This document shows, piece by piece, positions 34,225 to 43,202 of a DNA stretch of 64,000 nt (within the stretch, counting starts at the first letter, position 1; every line of letters begins with the position of its first letter). The notes below the pieces were generated by a model that searched no databases, was not told where the DNA came from, and saw only the letters and a list, made by a program, of their open reading frames with translations. Made by a program: the position numbers and the translations under genes. The DNA comes from Pristiophorus japonicus. Taxonomy: Eukaryota. Where the stretch lies: contig NC_091999.1 in assembly GCF_044704955.1 (NCBI RefSeq), forward strand, positions 53,754,001 to 53,818,000. The letters run 5' to 3'.

Positions 34225-34503
34225 GCTGAAGGTGCTGACTCTGGCTGGGTTCAGTTCTACGCTCACTGGTTCCCCTCCCTCTCCTCCACTGAAGGTGCTG
34301 ACTCTGGCTGGATTCAGTTCTACACTCACTGGTTCCCCGCCTCTCCTCCCCTGAAGGTGCTGACTCTGGCTGGGTTCAGTTCTACACTCACTGGGTCCCC
34401 TCCCTCTCCTCCCCTGAAGGTGCTGACACTGGTTGGGTTCAGTTCTACACTCACTGGTTCCCCTCCCTCTCTTCCCCTGAAGGTGCTGACTCTGGCCGGG
34501 TTC
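34225..34503 (-). repeat. 57-bp ZNF-associated tandem repeat
   Basis: Five units of CTGAAGGTGCTGACTCTGGCTGGGTTCAGTTCTACACTCACTGGTTCCCCTCCCTCTCC... Confidence 0.88.
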
Positions 34504-34504
34504 T

Positions 34505-34975
34505 AATTTGGCCACAGCTGGAGTACTGTGTGCAGTTCTGGTCACCACATTGCAAGAAAGATATTATTGCACCACTCAGGGTACAAAGATTTCCGAGGAT
34601 GTGGCCTGAACTTGAGAATTTTAGCTATGAGGACAGATTGGATAAGTTGGGGTTGTTTTTTTAGGAAAAGAGGACGCTGAGGGGAGACCTCATTGAGGTG
34701 TATAAAATTATGAGGGGCCTAGATAGAGTGGATAGGAAGGATCTATTTCCCTTAGCAGAGGGTCAATAGCTGGGGGTGCATAGATTTAAAGTAATTGGTG
34801 AAAGGTTTAGATGGGATTTGAGAGGTTTTTTCACTGAGAGGATGGTGGGAGTCTGGAACTCACTGCCTGAAAGGGTGGTAGAGGCAGAAACCCTCATAAC
34901 ATTTAAAAGTACTTGGATATGCACTTGATGGGCCTAGATAGAGTGGATAGGAAGGACCTATTTGCCTTAGCAGAG
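34505..34975 (+). mobile_element. CR1 ORF2 C-terminal fragment
   Basis: QLEYCVQFWSPH...GDLIEVYKIMRGLDRVD...WNSLP. Confidence 0.85.
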
Positions 34976-35410
34976 ATGTCAGCTGTGGCTCAGTGTGTCA
35001 GAAGGTTGTGGGTTAAAGTCCCACTCCAGAGACTTGAGCACAAAATATCTAGGCTGACACGCCAGTGTCACTGCACTGTCAGAGGAGCCATCTTTCAGAT
35101 GAGGCTTTAAACCGAAGCCTGGTCAACTCTCTCTTTGGTGGACGTAAAAGATCCCATGGCACTATTTCGAAGAAGAGCAAGGAAGCTATCCCCGGCGTCG
35201 TGACCAATATTTATCCTTTACTCAAAATAACAACAACAGTTTATCTGGTCATTATCACATTTCTGTCCGTGGGAGCTTGCTGGGCGCAAATTAGCTGCCG
35301 CGTTTCCCACATTACAACAGTGACTACGCTCCAAAAGTACTTCATTCTCTGTGAAGAGCTTTGAGACCTCCAGTGGTCGTGCAAGGCGCTATATAAATGT
35401 AAGGCTTTCT
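34975..35410 (+). mobile_element. tRNA-headed SINE (SacSINE1/DeuSINE-like)
   Basis: GTGGCTCAGT and GGTTAAAGTCCC box A/B-like head; ...GGCGCTATATAAATGTAAG tail. Confidence 0.72.
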
Positions 35411-35439
35411 TTTTTGTGCCATAACCTACAGGGCTACAG

Positions 35440-35547
35440 ACCAAGAGCTGTACAGTGGGATTAGGCTGCAGAGCTCTGTGCCGGCCGGCAGGGACACGAA
35501 GGGCCGAATGGCCTCCTTCTGTGCTGTCAATGTCTGGGATTCGATGG
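35440..35547 (+). mobile_element. CR1-type 3' terminus, which is the Tx1 insertion target
   Basis: GGGCCGAATGGCCTCCTTCTGTGCTGT followed by CAATGTCTGGGATTCGATGG, a variant of the (ATTCTATG)n CR1 tail. Confidence 0.7.
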
Positions 35548-35644
35548 TTTTTTTTGTTGGGCACTAAAATCAAATTTTTCCTTTTTTCCAGTGCCCCCTA
35601 TAAAAGGAGAGGGGGACACTAAAAGCACCGGCAATTAAAACAAA

Positions 35645-36025
35645 TTAAAACACCTCTTCAAAGAAGCGCGTTTGCTGCGGGCCGGGATGAGGGGCGTACA
35701 CGTTCACGAGATGGAGCGGCACGTCCCCCAGGCGAACCGTTACGTGCAGCAAGCGGCCTGGCACGGGCTCCTCGACCCCCAAGATCTCCGGCTGAAAATG
35801 CGGGCCCAGCAAGATGGCCACCCCACTAGAAATGGCGGTGAGGTGGCTCATGCGGACCTCTCCTTGCCATTCCAGGAGCCACGTGGCTTCGTCTCCCGGA
35901 ACGGTGTGGGTTTCTTGCAGGAAGCACACCGCATATTTCCCCTCCCGCAGGAGCGAAAAATTGTCAAATCTACGGCGTGCCCCTCTGCCGCCGTTGATGT
36001 TGAGGCTGGCTATGGTTATCTTCAT
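35645..36025 (-). pseudogene. Truncated Tx1 ORF2 (N-terminal half of the APE endonuclease)
   Basis: MKITIASLNING...FLQETH...NVYAP...FFEEV, then jumps into the 3' UTR. Confidence 0.9.
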
Positions 36026-36051
36026 GGCAAAAGCATAGTGCAACCTCTACC

Positions 36052-38151
36052 TTAACCTATTGTGGGGGAGGGAGCGGAGTCTTTTGTTGAACTCCGCTCC
36101 CTCCGCAGCCCAGCGAGGAGTCCCTCGAGCTCGCGCAGCTCAAGGTGCTGCTCCTTTGTCAAGGGCCCGCCCGCGGCCAAGGTTTTAACGGCGGCGCGGA
36201 CGGACCCCTTGATCAGCTCCGGCTCGGACCATTTTTCCAGGGCCAGTCGGGCTTGGTCGCGGCGACCCCGGCTCTGGGCCAAAAAGTCCCAGAGTTCCTT
36301 TGCATGAATGAGGAGGGCCTCAGCGGCGGCCGCGAGCAGATCCACCGCCTCCCTGGCGGTGGTCTCTAGTTCTTCTCCCGCGTCCCCCACCGAGTCCCCG
36401 TCCTCCTCCGGGAGGTGGCCGCCAGCAGCCGGCCCATCGACCGCACAAGGTACGGCAAATGAACCGGCCGCTCCAACCGGCCCTGGCTCTGCCCCGATCC
36501 CACCCCCAGGATCGTCGGCAGAGGAGTCCCCACTGGGCTCTTTTAAAAATGGTGCTGGGTCGGGAAATGACAGCGGAAGGGGTTCCCCCTCCGCCCCAGG
36601 AACCGGGGAACAAGGAGAGACCCGGCCATAGGAAATCCCCAGGCCCTCCAAGTGCACCAGCTCCAAAGTAAGGGGCGAGGGTGGGTGTTCCTCCCCCTCC
36701 CCGCTGCCACCCCCCGGCCCAGCATCTACAGTGTCATTAAAACCCATAAATTGTTTTTCCGCCAGGTCGAGCGACTCCCGGGGGAAGTTGGATAATAGCT
36801 GGGCGGGCTCAGGTTCGGCCTTTTCGGCCTCGCCCGCCTCAGTCCCCGGGACGCCCGGCCCGGCGGCTACGCATTCCTCCGCGGTCCCCACGCCCCCCAC
36901 GACAGGCAGATCTTCCACTCCATCCCCGGGAGGCAGAGGCTGGGCAGCCTCAACTGTCTCACCCTCCCCGGGGACAGACTCCTCCCGCCTACGGCGCTGC
37001 TTGGGGGCGCTGGTTGGGGACGCGGGACACGCGGCGGGCACCGACTCCTCCACGGAGGGATGTTGTTCCCCCTCCGTCTCATCGGAGCCGCGCCTCCTTT
37101 TGTTCTTGGGGGTGCGCGGAGGCAGGGAGGCCCCCATGTCTGCCGAGGCCTCCCGCTCCGCCCCCCCTTTTTCCTTTCCTTTCCCGCGCCCGGGCCCCTC
37201 TGTGGTGTTATTCAAGGGCTTGGGCACGGGCTCGGGACACCACGCGCTCGCCGGTGACGGGGTTGGGCTGAGCGCGGTGGTCAAATTATCTGGCGCACCG
37301 AGGGGACCCGCCTCTAGATGTTTATTCTTGTTCCGCGCCTTCTTTCCGGTCGGACGCTCTCCCTCCCCCCCGCCGGAGGCCCTGAAAACAAAGGCCTCCG
37401 ACGATGCCCGCGCACCCATGGCTCCCGGCACGCGGACGCAACTAGGGGGAGGGGTGGCGGCGGCGCCAGCCTTGGCCGCCTTCGGTGGTTTGGCGGCCTT
37501 GGAGGCGGGGCAGTTCTTACGAACATGCCCCACCTCCCTGCAGGCATGGCACCGCACGCCGTCCGACGTCCAGAAGACGCGGTAGGCAGTCCCCTCGTGC
37601 ACCACATTAAAATTCCCCTCCGTCGTGTCCTCCCGCGCCAGCCGGACAAAGAGCTGGCGGCGGAAGGAGAACACGTGGCGCAGGCTGTTCTCCCTGAGGC
37701 CGAGCGGTATGGGGTTGATCCCTGACCTTACCTCCCCCAGTTGTTGTAGGTGAGGGAGGAGGAGCTCAGCGGGAACAAAGGGCGGGACGTTTGAAATGAT
37801 GACCCTCTGCGCGGTGGCCTCGAGAGGGTCCACCGGCAGGAACGTCCCGCCCACCGTGAGCCCCTTTTCAAGGGCCAGGGACACCGCCCGCTCCGACCCC
37901 AGGAAGAACACGGCCTTCCCAGACATCTTGGAGGCTGCGACAATGGCCGAGGGGCCGACTACCCCAGCCATCGCCCGCACGCACTCCTCAATGCTCATTG
38001 TGGGGTGAGTGTAGCTCTTGACCCCGTGTTTCCTGGTTATAAGTCTGAACGGTGGCAGGGCAGCGGGTGGCGCAGGAGGTGCCGTGGATGTGGACACCGC
38101 CTGCGCATACGTCCTTGCTGGCCCTGCCACCGGCGTGGATGGGGTCGCCAT
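36052..38151 (-). CDS. Tx1 ORF1 (nucleic-acid-binding protein with CCHC knuckle), copy A, intact
   Basis: 699-aa open frame from the ATG at 38151; RVIISNVPPF and CHACREVGHVRKNC motifs. Confidence 0.92.
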   Translation of the reverse strand: MATPSTPVAGPARTYAQAVSTSTAPPAPPAALPPFRLITRKHGVKSYTHPTMSIEECVRAMAGVVGPSAIVAASKMSGKAVFFLGSERAVSLALEKGLTVGGTFLPVDPLEATAQRVIISNVPPFVPAELLLPHLQQLGEVRSGINPIPLGLRENSLRHVFSFRRQLFVRLAREDTTEGNFNVVHEGTAYRVFWTSDGVRCHACREVGHVRKNCPASKAAKPPKAAKAGAAATPPPSCVRVPGAMGARASSEAFVFRASGGGEGERPTGKKARNKNKHLEAGPLGAPDNLTTALSPTPSPASAWCPEPVPKPLNNTTEGPGRGKGKEKGGAEREASADMGASLPPRTPKNKRRRGSDETEGEQHPSVEESVPAACPASPTSAPKQRRRREESVPGEGETVEAAQPLPPGDGVEDLPVVGGVGTAEECVAAGPGVPGTEAGEAEKAEPEPAQLLSNFPRESLDLAEKQFMGFNDTVDAGPGGGSGEGEEHPPSPLTLELVHLEGLGISYGRVSPCSPVPGAEGEPLPLSFPDPAPFLKEPSGDSSADDPGGGIGAEPGPVGAAGSFAVPCAVDGPAAGGHLPEEDGDSVGDAGEELETTAREAVDLLAAAAEALLIHAKELWDFLAQSRGRRDQARLALEKWSEPELIKGSVRAAVKTLAAGGPLTKEQHLELRELEGLLAGLRRERSSTKDSAPSPTIG

Positions 38152-39276
38152 CACGGGGTCCCTTTAAGCGCTACACCCACCCCAAAGTCACAGGCCTTAA
38201 TGGTCATTAATGGCCTCGTATGTTAACTGAGCAGAGGAGCCCTTAACGAGGCACCTCTCCCCTCGTTGGCAATTGGGGAGAGGCCTTGCTCCCTCTGCTC
38301 AGTTGTCTTAATTGTTTGTTTTTTTTTTATTATTAATTTGGAAGGAAAGGGTTCTCAGAGAGAGAGGGGAGAAACAGAGGGTAACGGAGAAAGAGAGAGG
38401 GGGGTGGGAAGGGGGGGGCTGCGAGGGCAGGTCTCCCCTCGCAGCTGTGGGTGGGTGCACTCCCCAGATGGCAAAACACAAAAGTCTTTGGGGTGGTCTT
38501 CAGGTGGGGGGAGAAGATGTCTTCACCTGGGGTAGCTGGAGCCACCAGGCACTCCTAACGATCTTTTAATTGGGTGATTGAGAAAAACAACAATCTTCAG
38601 CCTGGTAGCTCCAGCTATCCCAGGCTAGGCAAATGTGGGGGGGGTGGGGGGGGTTCCAATTGTGGGGGGGGCCTAGTTGTAAGCACGGCCCCCACGCACA
38701 CTACCACACACACACACACCCCCCGCGATGTTCCGGCCCTCAGTGGTCTTCTTTCCTCCCCCCACCGATATAACAAAGTCTGTTTGGGGAAATGCACCCA
38801 CACCCACCTGTAGAAATAGTAGAGTCTCCCTCCTTCCACACTGGATGTTGTTGGTCTTTTCCCCCTCTCTCCAACTCCTTGCAGAAATGGTAAAGATGTT
38901 GTAAAGTTGTCTGCTTTTTCCTCCTCTCCCTCTGGATAGAAGTTGTGGTGAAGCCCCTTCCCTCCTTCTATTCCTGGGCTGGTCTCAGGGCTCTCCAGGC
39001 AGGAGCTCAAGTTGCTAGCAGCTTCCCTCACTGCTCACAGCTCCAACTGAGCAGGACACGCCTCCACTCCTCCACGATTGGTCCTTGTGCATGAATCACA
39101 GAAGGATAGTTTGCAGGTTCTGGGATTCGATGGTTTTTTTTTTGTGTTTTTCTTTTTTTTTTTGGTTTTTTTTTTTGGGCACTAAAATAACAATTTTCCC
39201 CAGTGCCCCCTATAAAAGGGAAGGGGGACACTAAAAGCACCGGCAATTAAAACAAATTAAACTTTAAAACGTAAAA

Positions 39277-42200
39277 TCAAATTAAAATTTGGTTGCCGGG
39301 CGTGATGATGCACTCCAGTCCCTCCGGTGCCCACCTCTCGCGGAAGGCCGCGAGCGTACCGGTGGACACCGCGTGCTCCATCTCCAAGGACACCCTGGAC
39401 CGGATGTAAGAGCGGAAGAGAGGCAGGCAGTCAGGTTGAACGACCCCCTCGACCGCCCGCTGCCTGGACCGGCTGATGGCACCCTTGGCCGTGCCCAGGA
39501 GCAGTCCTACGAGGAGGCCTTCGGACCTACCCGCTCCCCTCCGCACAGGGTGCCCAAAGATCAGGAGAGTGGGACTGAAGTGCAGCCAGAATTTCAGGAG
39601 CAGCCCCTTCAAATAGTGGAACAGGGGCTGCAACCTCGTGCATTCAATAAAAACATGGAACACGGACTCCTCCAGACCGCAGAAATTGCAGGCGGCCTGG
39701 GAGTCCGTGAACCGGCTTAAAAATTTGTTGCACGGCACTGCTCCGTGCACCACCCTCCAGGCCAAGTCCCCGATGAATAGTGGGAGGACCCCTGCGTAGA
39801 GGGCCCTCCATCGAGGACCCCCGCCTCCTCCGGACGGCAGGATGGTACGCCATGGCGTGTCCGGACGGCCGGCGAGGATGGCAAAGTTGAGGGTGTGCAG
39901 GAGCAGCCCGTACAGGAAACCCCTCCGCGCGGAACTGAAAGGCACGGAGGGGATTTCCCCGAGGCGGCTCAAGTTGTGAGGCGCCGGCCCCCGAGGGAGG
40001 TTCCGGGGTTTGGCGCCGATGAGGAATTCCGTCCGGACGGGGGTCAGTTCGGACGGGATCTCCCCACGTGCTTGAGCCTCCTCGATACACCTAACGGAGT
40101 CAGGGCCCAGAGCTGTTTTTAGCGACTCGATGGCATCGGCCGCGCGGCGGACGTTGGCAGAATTTAGGCGCCGCGCCAGCGTGACTGGCGCCATCCAGCC
40201 CGCTCCTCCGCCATCGAGCAGGTCCCTGACCCTGGTCACCTCACCAGCCACAGCCCTCTCTTCCGACCGCCACATGAAGCCTCGGCCGTGGAGGTACGGA
40301 TTCCCGAGCAGCGGTTCCTGCAGGACGGCCGCCACTCCAGCCGGCGGAGAGCTGCGCTTGGTGGAGACTTTGTTCCAGACCCTGATGAGTTCCCTGTAAA
40401 AGACAGGCAGCTCCCGGAGGGCGGTCCTGGCACCCCCCAAGTTCACAAACAGGAGCTGCGTGTCATAATTGAGGTCGAGCTGCTGGCGGAAGAAATACCT
40501 CGCCAGAGCACACCACCTAGGAGGGGGCTCGACGTAAAGGTATCTCTGCAGGGTCTGAAGACGGAAAGTCGCGAGCTGGGCGCTGACGCACACCAACGAC
40601 TGACCGCCCTCCTCAAGCGGGAGACTCAAGACCGCGACAGAGACCCAGTGCTTCCTGTTGTTCCAGAAGAAGTCCACCAGCTTCTTCTGTATCTTGGCGA
40701 CAAACGCAGGGGGAGGGGTCAAAGTGACCAGCCGGTACCACAGCATTGCGGCCACCAGCTGGTTTATGACTAGCGCTCGACCCCTGTAGGACAGCACTCG
40801 GAGCAGTCCTGTCCAGCGCCATAGGCGAGCGGCGACCTTGGCCTCCAGCTCCTGCCAGTTCGCCGGCCAGGCTTCCTCGTCGGGGCTAAGGTAGACTCCC
40901 AGATAGAGGAGATGGGTCGTGCTCCAGGCAAAAGGCCTGAGCTCCTCCGGCAGGGAGTCCACCCGCCACTGACCCACCAGGAGTCCGGAACATTTCTCCC
41001 AGTTGATCCTGGCGGAGGACGCGGCCGAGTAAATCTCCTGGCACTCACGCATCCTCCGCAGGTCAGTGGGATCCTCTACCGCGAGGAGCACGTCATCGGC
41101 GTAAGCCGAGAGGACGACCTCCACGCCCGGCCCTTGCAGAGCCAGTCCCGTCAACCTCGTCCGCAAGAGGCGCAGGAAAGGCTCCACGCAAACGGCGTAT
41201 AACTGGCCGGACATGGGGCATCCCTGGCGCACCCCTCTCCTAAAGCGAAGGGGCGCCGTCAAGGACCCGTTAACCTTAATCAGACACTCCGCGGCGGCGT
41301 ACAAAAGTCGGATCCGGGCGACGAAATGCGTCCCGAACCCGAAAGCGCGCAGAGTTCCGAGCAGATAGTCGTGATCCACCCTGTCGAACGCCTTCTCTTG
41401 GTCGAGGGATAGGAAGGCGACCGACAGACCAGCCTCCTGGGAGCAATGGATGAGGTCCCGGACCAGATGGATGTTGTCGTGGATCGTCCGGCCCGGGACC
41501 GTGTATGACTGGTCGGGGTGAATCATGTGGTCCAGCACGGCACCAAGGCGAGCAGACATCGCCCTGGCGAAGATTTTGTAGTCCGTGCTGAGGAGGGAGA
41601 CCGGGCGCCAGTTCTTAAGGAGGCGGAGATCGCCCTTCTTAGGCAGCAGGACGATGACTGCCCTGCGCCAAGAGAGGGGCATCTCCCCGGTCGCCAGACT
41701 TTCCCCCAGGACCCGCGCGTAGTCGCTCCCCAGGACGTCCCAGAACGCCCTGTGGAACTCCACGGTCAGCCCGTCCAGCCCCGGGGATTTTCCCCTCGAG
41801 AGCCGGGCGAGGGCACCGGTCAGCTCCGCCAGGCTTAGCGGAGCTTCCAGATTTTCGGCGCCCTCCGGGCTGACCTTCGGCAGGTCCTCCCACAAAACTC
41901 TACGCGCTTCCTCGCTGGACGGATCCGGAGAGAACAGAGCCCCGTAATATTCACGGACCCTGTTGTTGACGCCCTCCGGATCCGAGACGAGAGAGCCGTC
42001 GTCGGCCAGCAGCGTCAAGAGCTGCTTACGGACACTCTGCCTTTTTTCCAGCGAGTAGAAGAAGGGGGAGCCGCGGTCCAGATCCCGCAGGAACCGGATC
42101 CGCGACCTCACGAACGCGCCTCGGGACCCGACGAGCTGCAGGTCCTTCAGCGCGGCCTTCTTCGCTTCGTACACCGTCCGCAGGGCCGGGTCCTGGACGA

Positions 42201-43176
42201 CTTGACCGAGACGGGCTTCCAGGTCGAGCACCTCTTTTTCTAGGCGCCCGACTCTGGCCGCCCGCCTCTTGGTCGACCCCCTCGCGTACTCTTGACAGAA
42301 GACGCGGACGTGAGCCTTGCCCACGTCCCACCATAGCCTCAAGGAGGGGAAGCCCCCCTGCTTCCTTCTCCAGTCGGACCAGAATCGACGGAACGAGTCC
42401 TGGAACCGCACGTCCTCCAGCAGCCGGTTGTTAAAGTGCCAGTACGCGGACCCCGTCCTCGCGCGGAGCGAAGCGAGCTCCGCCCACACCAGGTGGTGGT
42501 CCGAACACGGCACCGGCCGCATGGAGGCCGCCGGGACGCAGGAAACGTACGCCCGAGACACGTAAAGGCGGTCGACTCTAGACCATCCAACTCCAGGCCT
42601 CACCCAAGTAAAGGCGCTGGAGTCGGGGTGGAGATTTCGCCAGACGTCCACCAAGTCGAAGGACCCGACCAGGTCCCTCAACTTCTCCATCGCCGTCATG
42701 CACTGCGGGGCACCGGAGCGGTCCCTCGCCTCGAGGGTGCAGTTAAAATCCCCCCCGAGGACAATGCAGTCGCTGACGTCGACGGAGCCAAGAAGAGCGG
42801 ACACCTCTTCAAAGAAGCGCGTTTGCTGCGGGCCGGGATGAGGGGCGTACACGTTCACGAGATGGAGCGGCACGTCCCCCAGGCGAACCGTTACGTGCAG
42901 CAAGCGGCCTGGCACGGGCTCCTCGACCCCCAAGATCTCCGGCTGAAAATGCGGGCCCAGCAAGATGGCCACCCCACTAGAAGTGGCGGTGAGGTGGCTC
43001 ATGCGGACCTCTCCTTGCCATTCCAGGAGCCACGTGGCTTCGTCTCCCGGAACGGTGTGGGTTTCTTGCAGGAAGCACACCGCATATTTCCCCTCCCGCA
43101 GGAGCGAAAAGTTGTCAAATCTACGGCGTGCCCCTCTGCCGCCGTTGATGTTGAGGCTGGCTATGGTTATCTTCAT
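39277..43176 (-). CDS. Tx1 ORF2: APE endonuclease, reverse transcriptase, C-terminal CCHC finger
   Basis: 1299 aa from the ATG at 43176: LNING, LQETH, GGDFN, SDH; KSPGLDGL, NWRPVSLL, LDQEKAFD, GVRQGCPMS, YADD; CNFCGLEESVFHVFIEC. Confidence 0.97.
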   Translation of the reverse strand: MKITIASLNINGGRGARRRFDNFSLLREGKYAVCFLQETHTVPGDEATWLLEWQGEVRMSHLTATSSGVAILLGPHFQPEILGVEEPVPGRLLHVTVRLGDVPLHLVNVYAPHPGPQQTRFFEEVSALLGSVDVSDCIVLGGDFNCTLEARDRSGAPQCMTAMEKLRDLVGSFDLVDVWRNLHPDSSAFTWVRPGVGWSRVDRLYVSRAYVSCVPAASMRPVPCSDHHLVWAELASLRARTGSAYWHFNNRLLEDVRFQDSFRRFWSDWRRKQGGFPSLRLWWDVGKAHVRVFCQEYARGSTKRRAARVGRLEKEVLDLEARLGQVVQDPALRTVYEAKKAALKDLQLVGSRGAFVRSRIRFLRDLDRGSPFFYSLEKRQSVRKQLLTLLADDGSLVSDPEGVNNRVREYYGALFSPDPSSEEARRVLWEDLPKVSPEGAENLEAPLSLAELTGALARLSRGKSPGLDGLTVEFHRAFWDVLGSDYARVLGESLATGEMPLSWRRAVIVLLPKKGDLRLLKNWRPVSLLSTDYKIFARAMSARLGAVLDHMIHPDQSYTVPGRTIHDNIHLVRDLIHCSQEAGLSVAFLSLDQEKAFDRVDHDYLLGTLRAFGFGTHFVARIRLLYAAAECLIKVNGSLTAPLRFRRGVRQGCPMSGQLYAVCVEPFLRLLRTRLTGLALQGPGVEVVLSAYADDVLLAVEDPTDLRRMRECQEIYSAASSARINWEKCSGLLVGQWRVDSLPEELRPFAWSTTHLLYLGVYLSPDEEAWPANWQELEAKVAARLWRWTGLLRVLSYRGRALVINQLVAAMLWYRLVTLTPPPAFVAKIQKKLVDFFWNNRKHWVSVAVLSLPLEEGGQSLVCVSAQLATFRLQTLQRYLYVEPPPRWCALARYFFRQQLDLNYDTQLLFVNLGGARTALRELPVFYRELIRVWNKVSTKRSSPPAGVAAVLQEPLLGNPYLHGRGFMWRSEERAVAGEVTRVRDLLDGGGAGWMAPVTLARRLNSANVRRAADAIESLKTALGPDSVRCIEEAQARGEIPSELTPVRTEFLIGAKPRNLPRGPAPHNLSRLGEIPSVPFSSARRGFLYGLLLHTLNFAILAGRPDTPWRTILPSGGGGGPRWRALYAGVLPLFIGDLAWRVVHGAVPCNKFLSRFTDSQAACNFCGLEESVFHVFIECTRLQPLFHYLKGLLLKFWLHFSPTLLIFGHPVRRGAGRSEGLLVGLLLGTAKGAISRSRQRAVEGVVQPDCLPLFRSYIRSRVSLEMEHAVSTGTLAAFRERWAPEGLECIITPGNQILI

Positions 43177-43202
43177 GACAAAAGCATAGTGCAACCTCTA
43201 CC

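Larger units (their letters stand above)
35548..39118 (-). mobile_element. Tx1-clade non-LTR retrotransposon, copy A (ORF2 internally deleted)
   Basis: Complete 5' UTR, ORF1, first ~125 codons of ORF2 fused to the 3' UTR, poly(A); flanked by TCTGGGATTCGATGG at 35533-35547 and 39119-39133. Confidence 0.95.

Noticed and set aside
35533-35547. Tx1 target as a tRNA (GGGATTCGA resembles the complement of box B) or U2/5S gene
   Set aside because: The flanks show no cloverleaf, U2 or 5S sequence; the left flank is a CR1-type 3' end.
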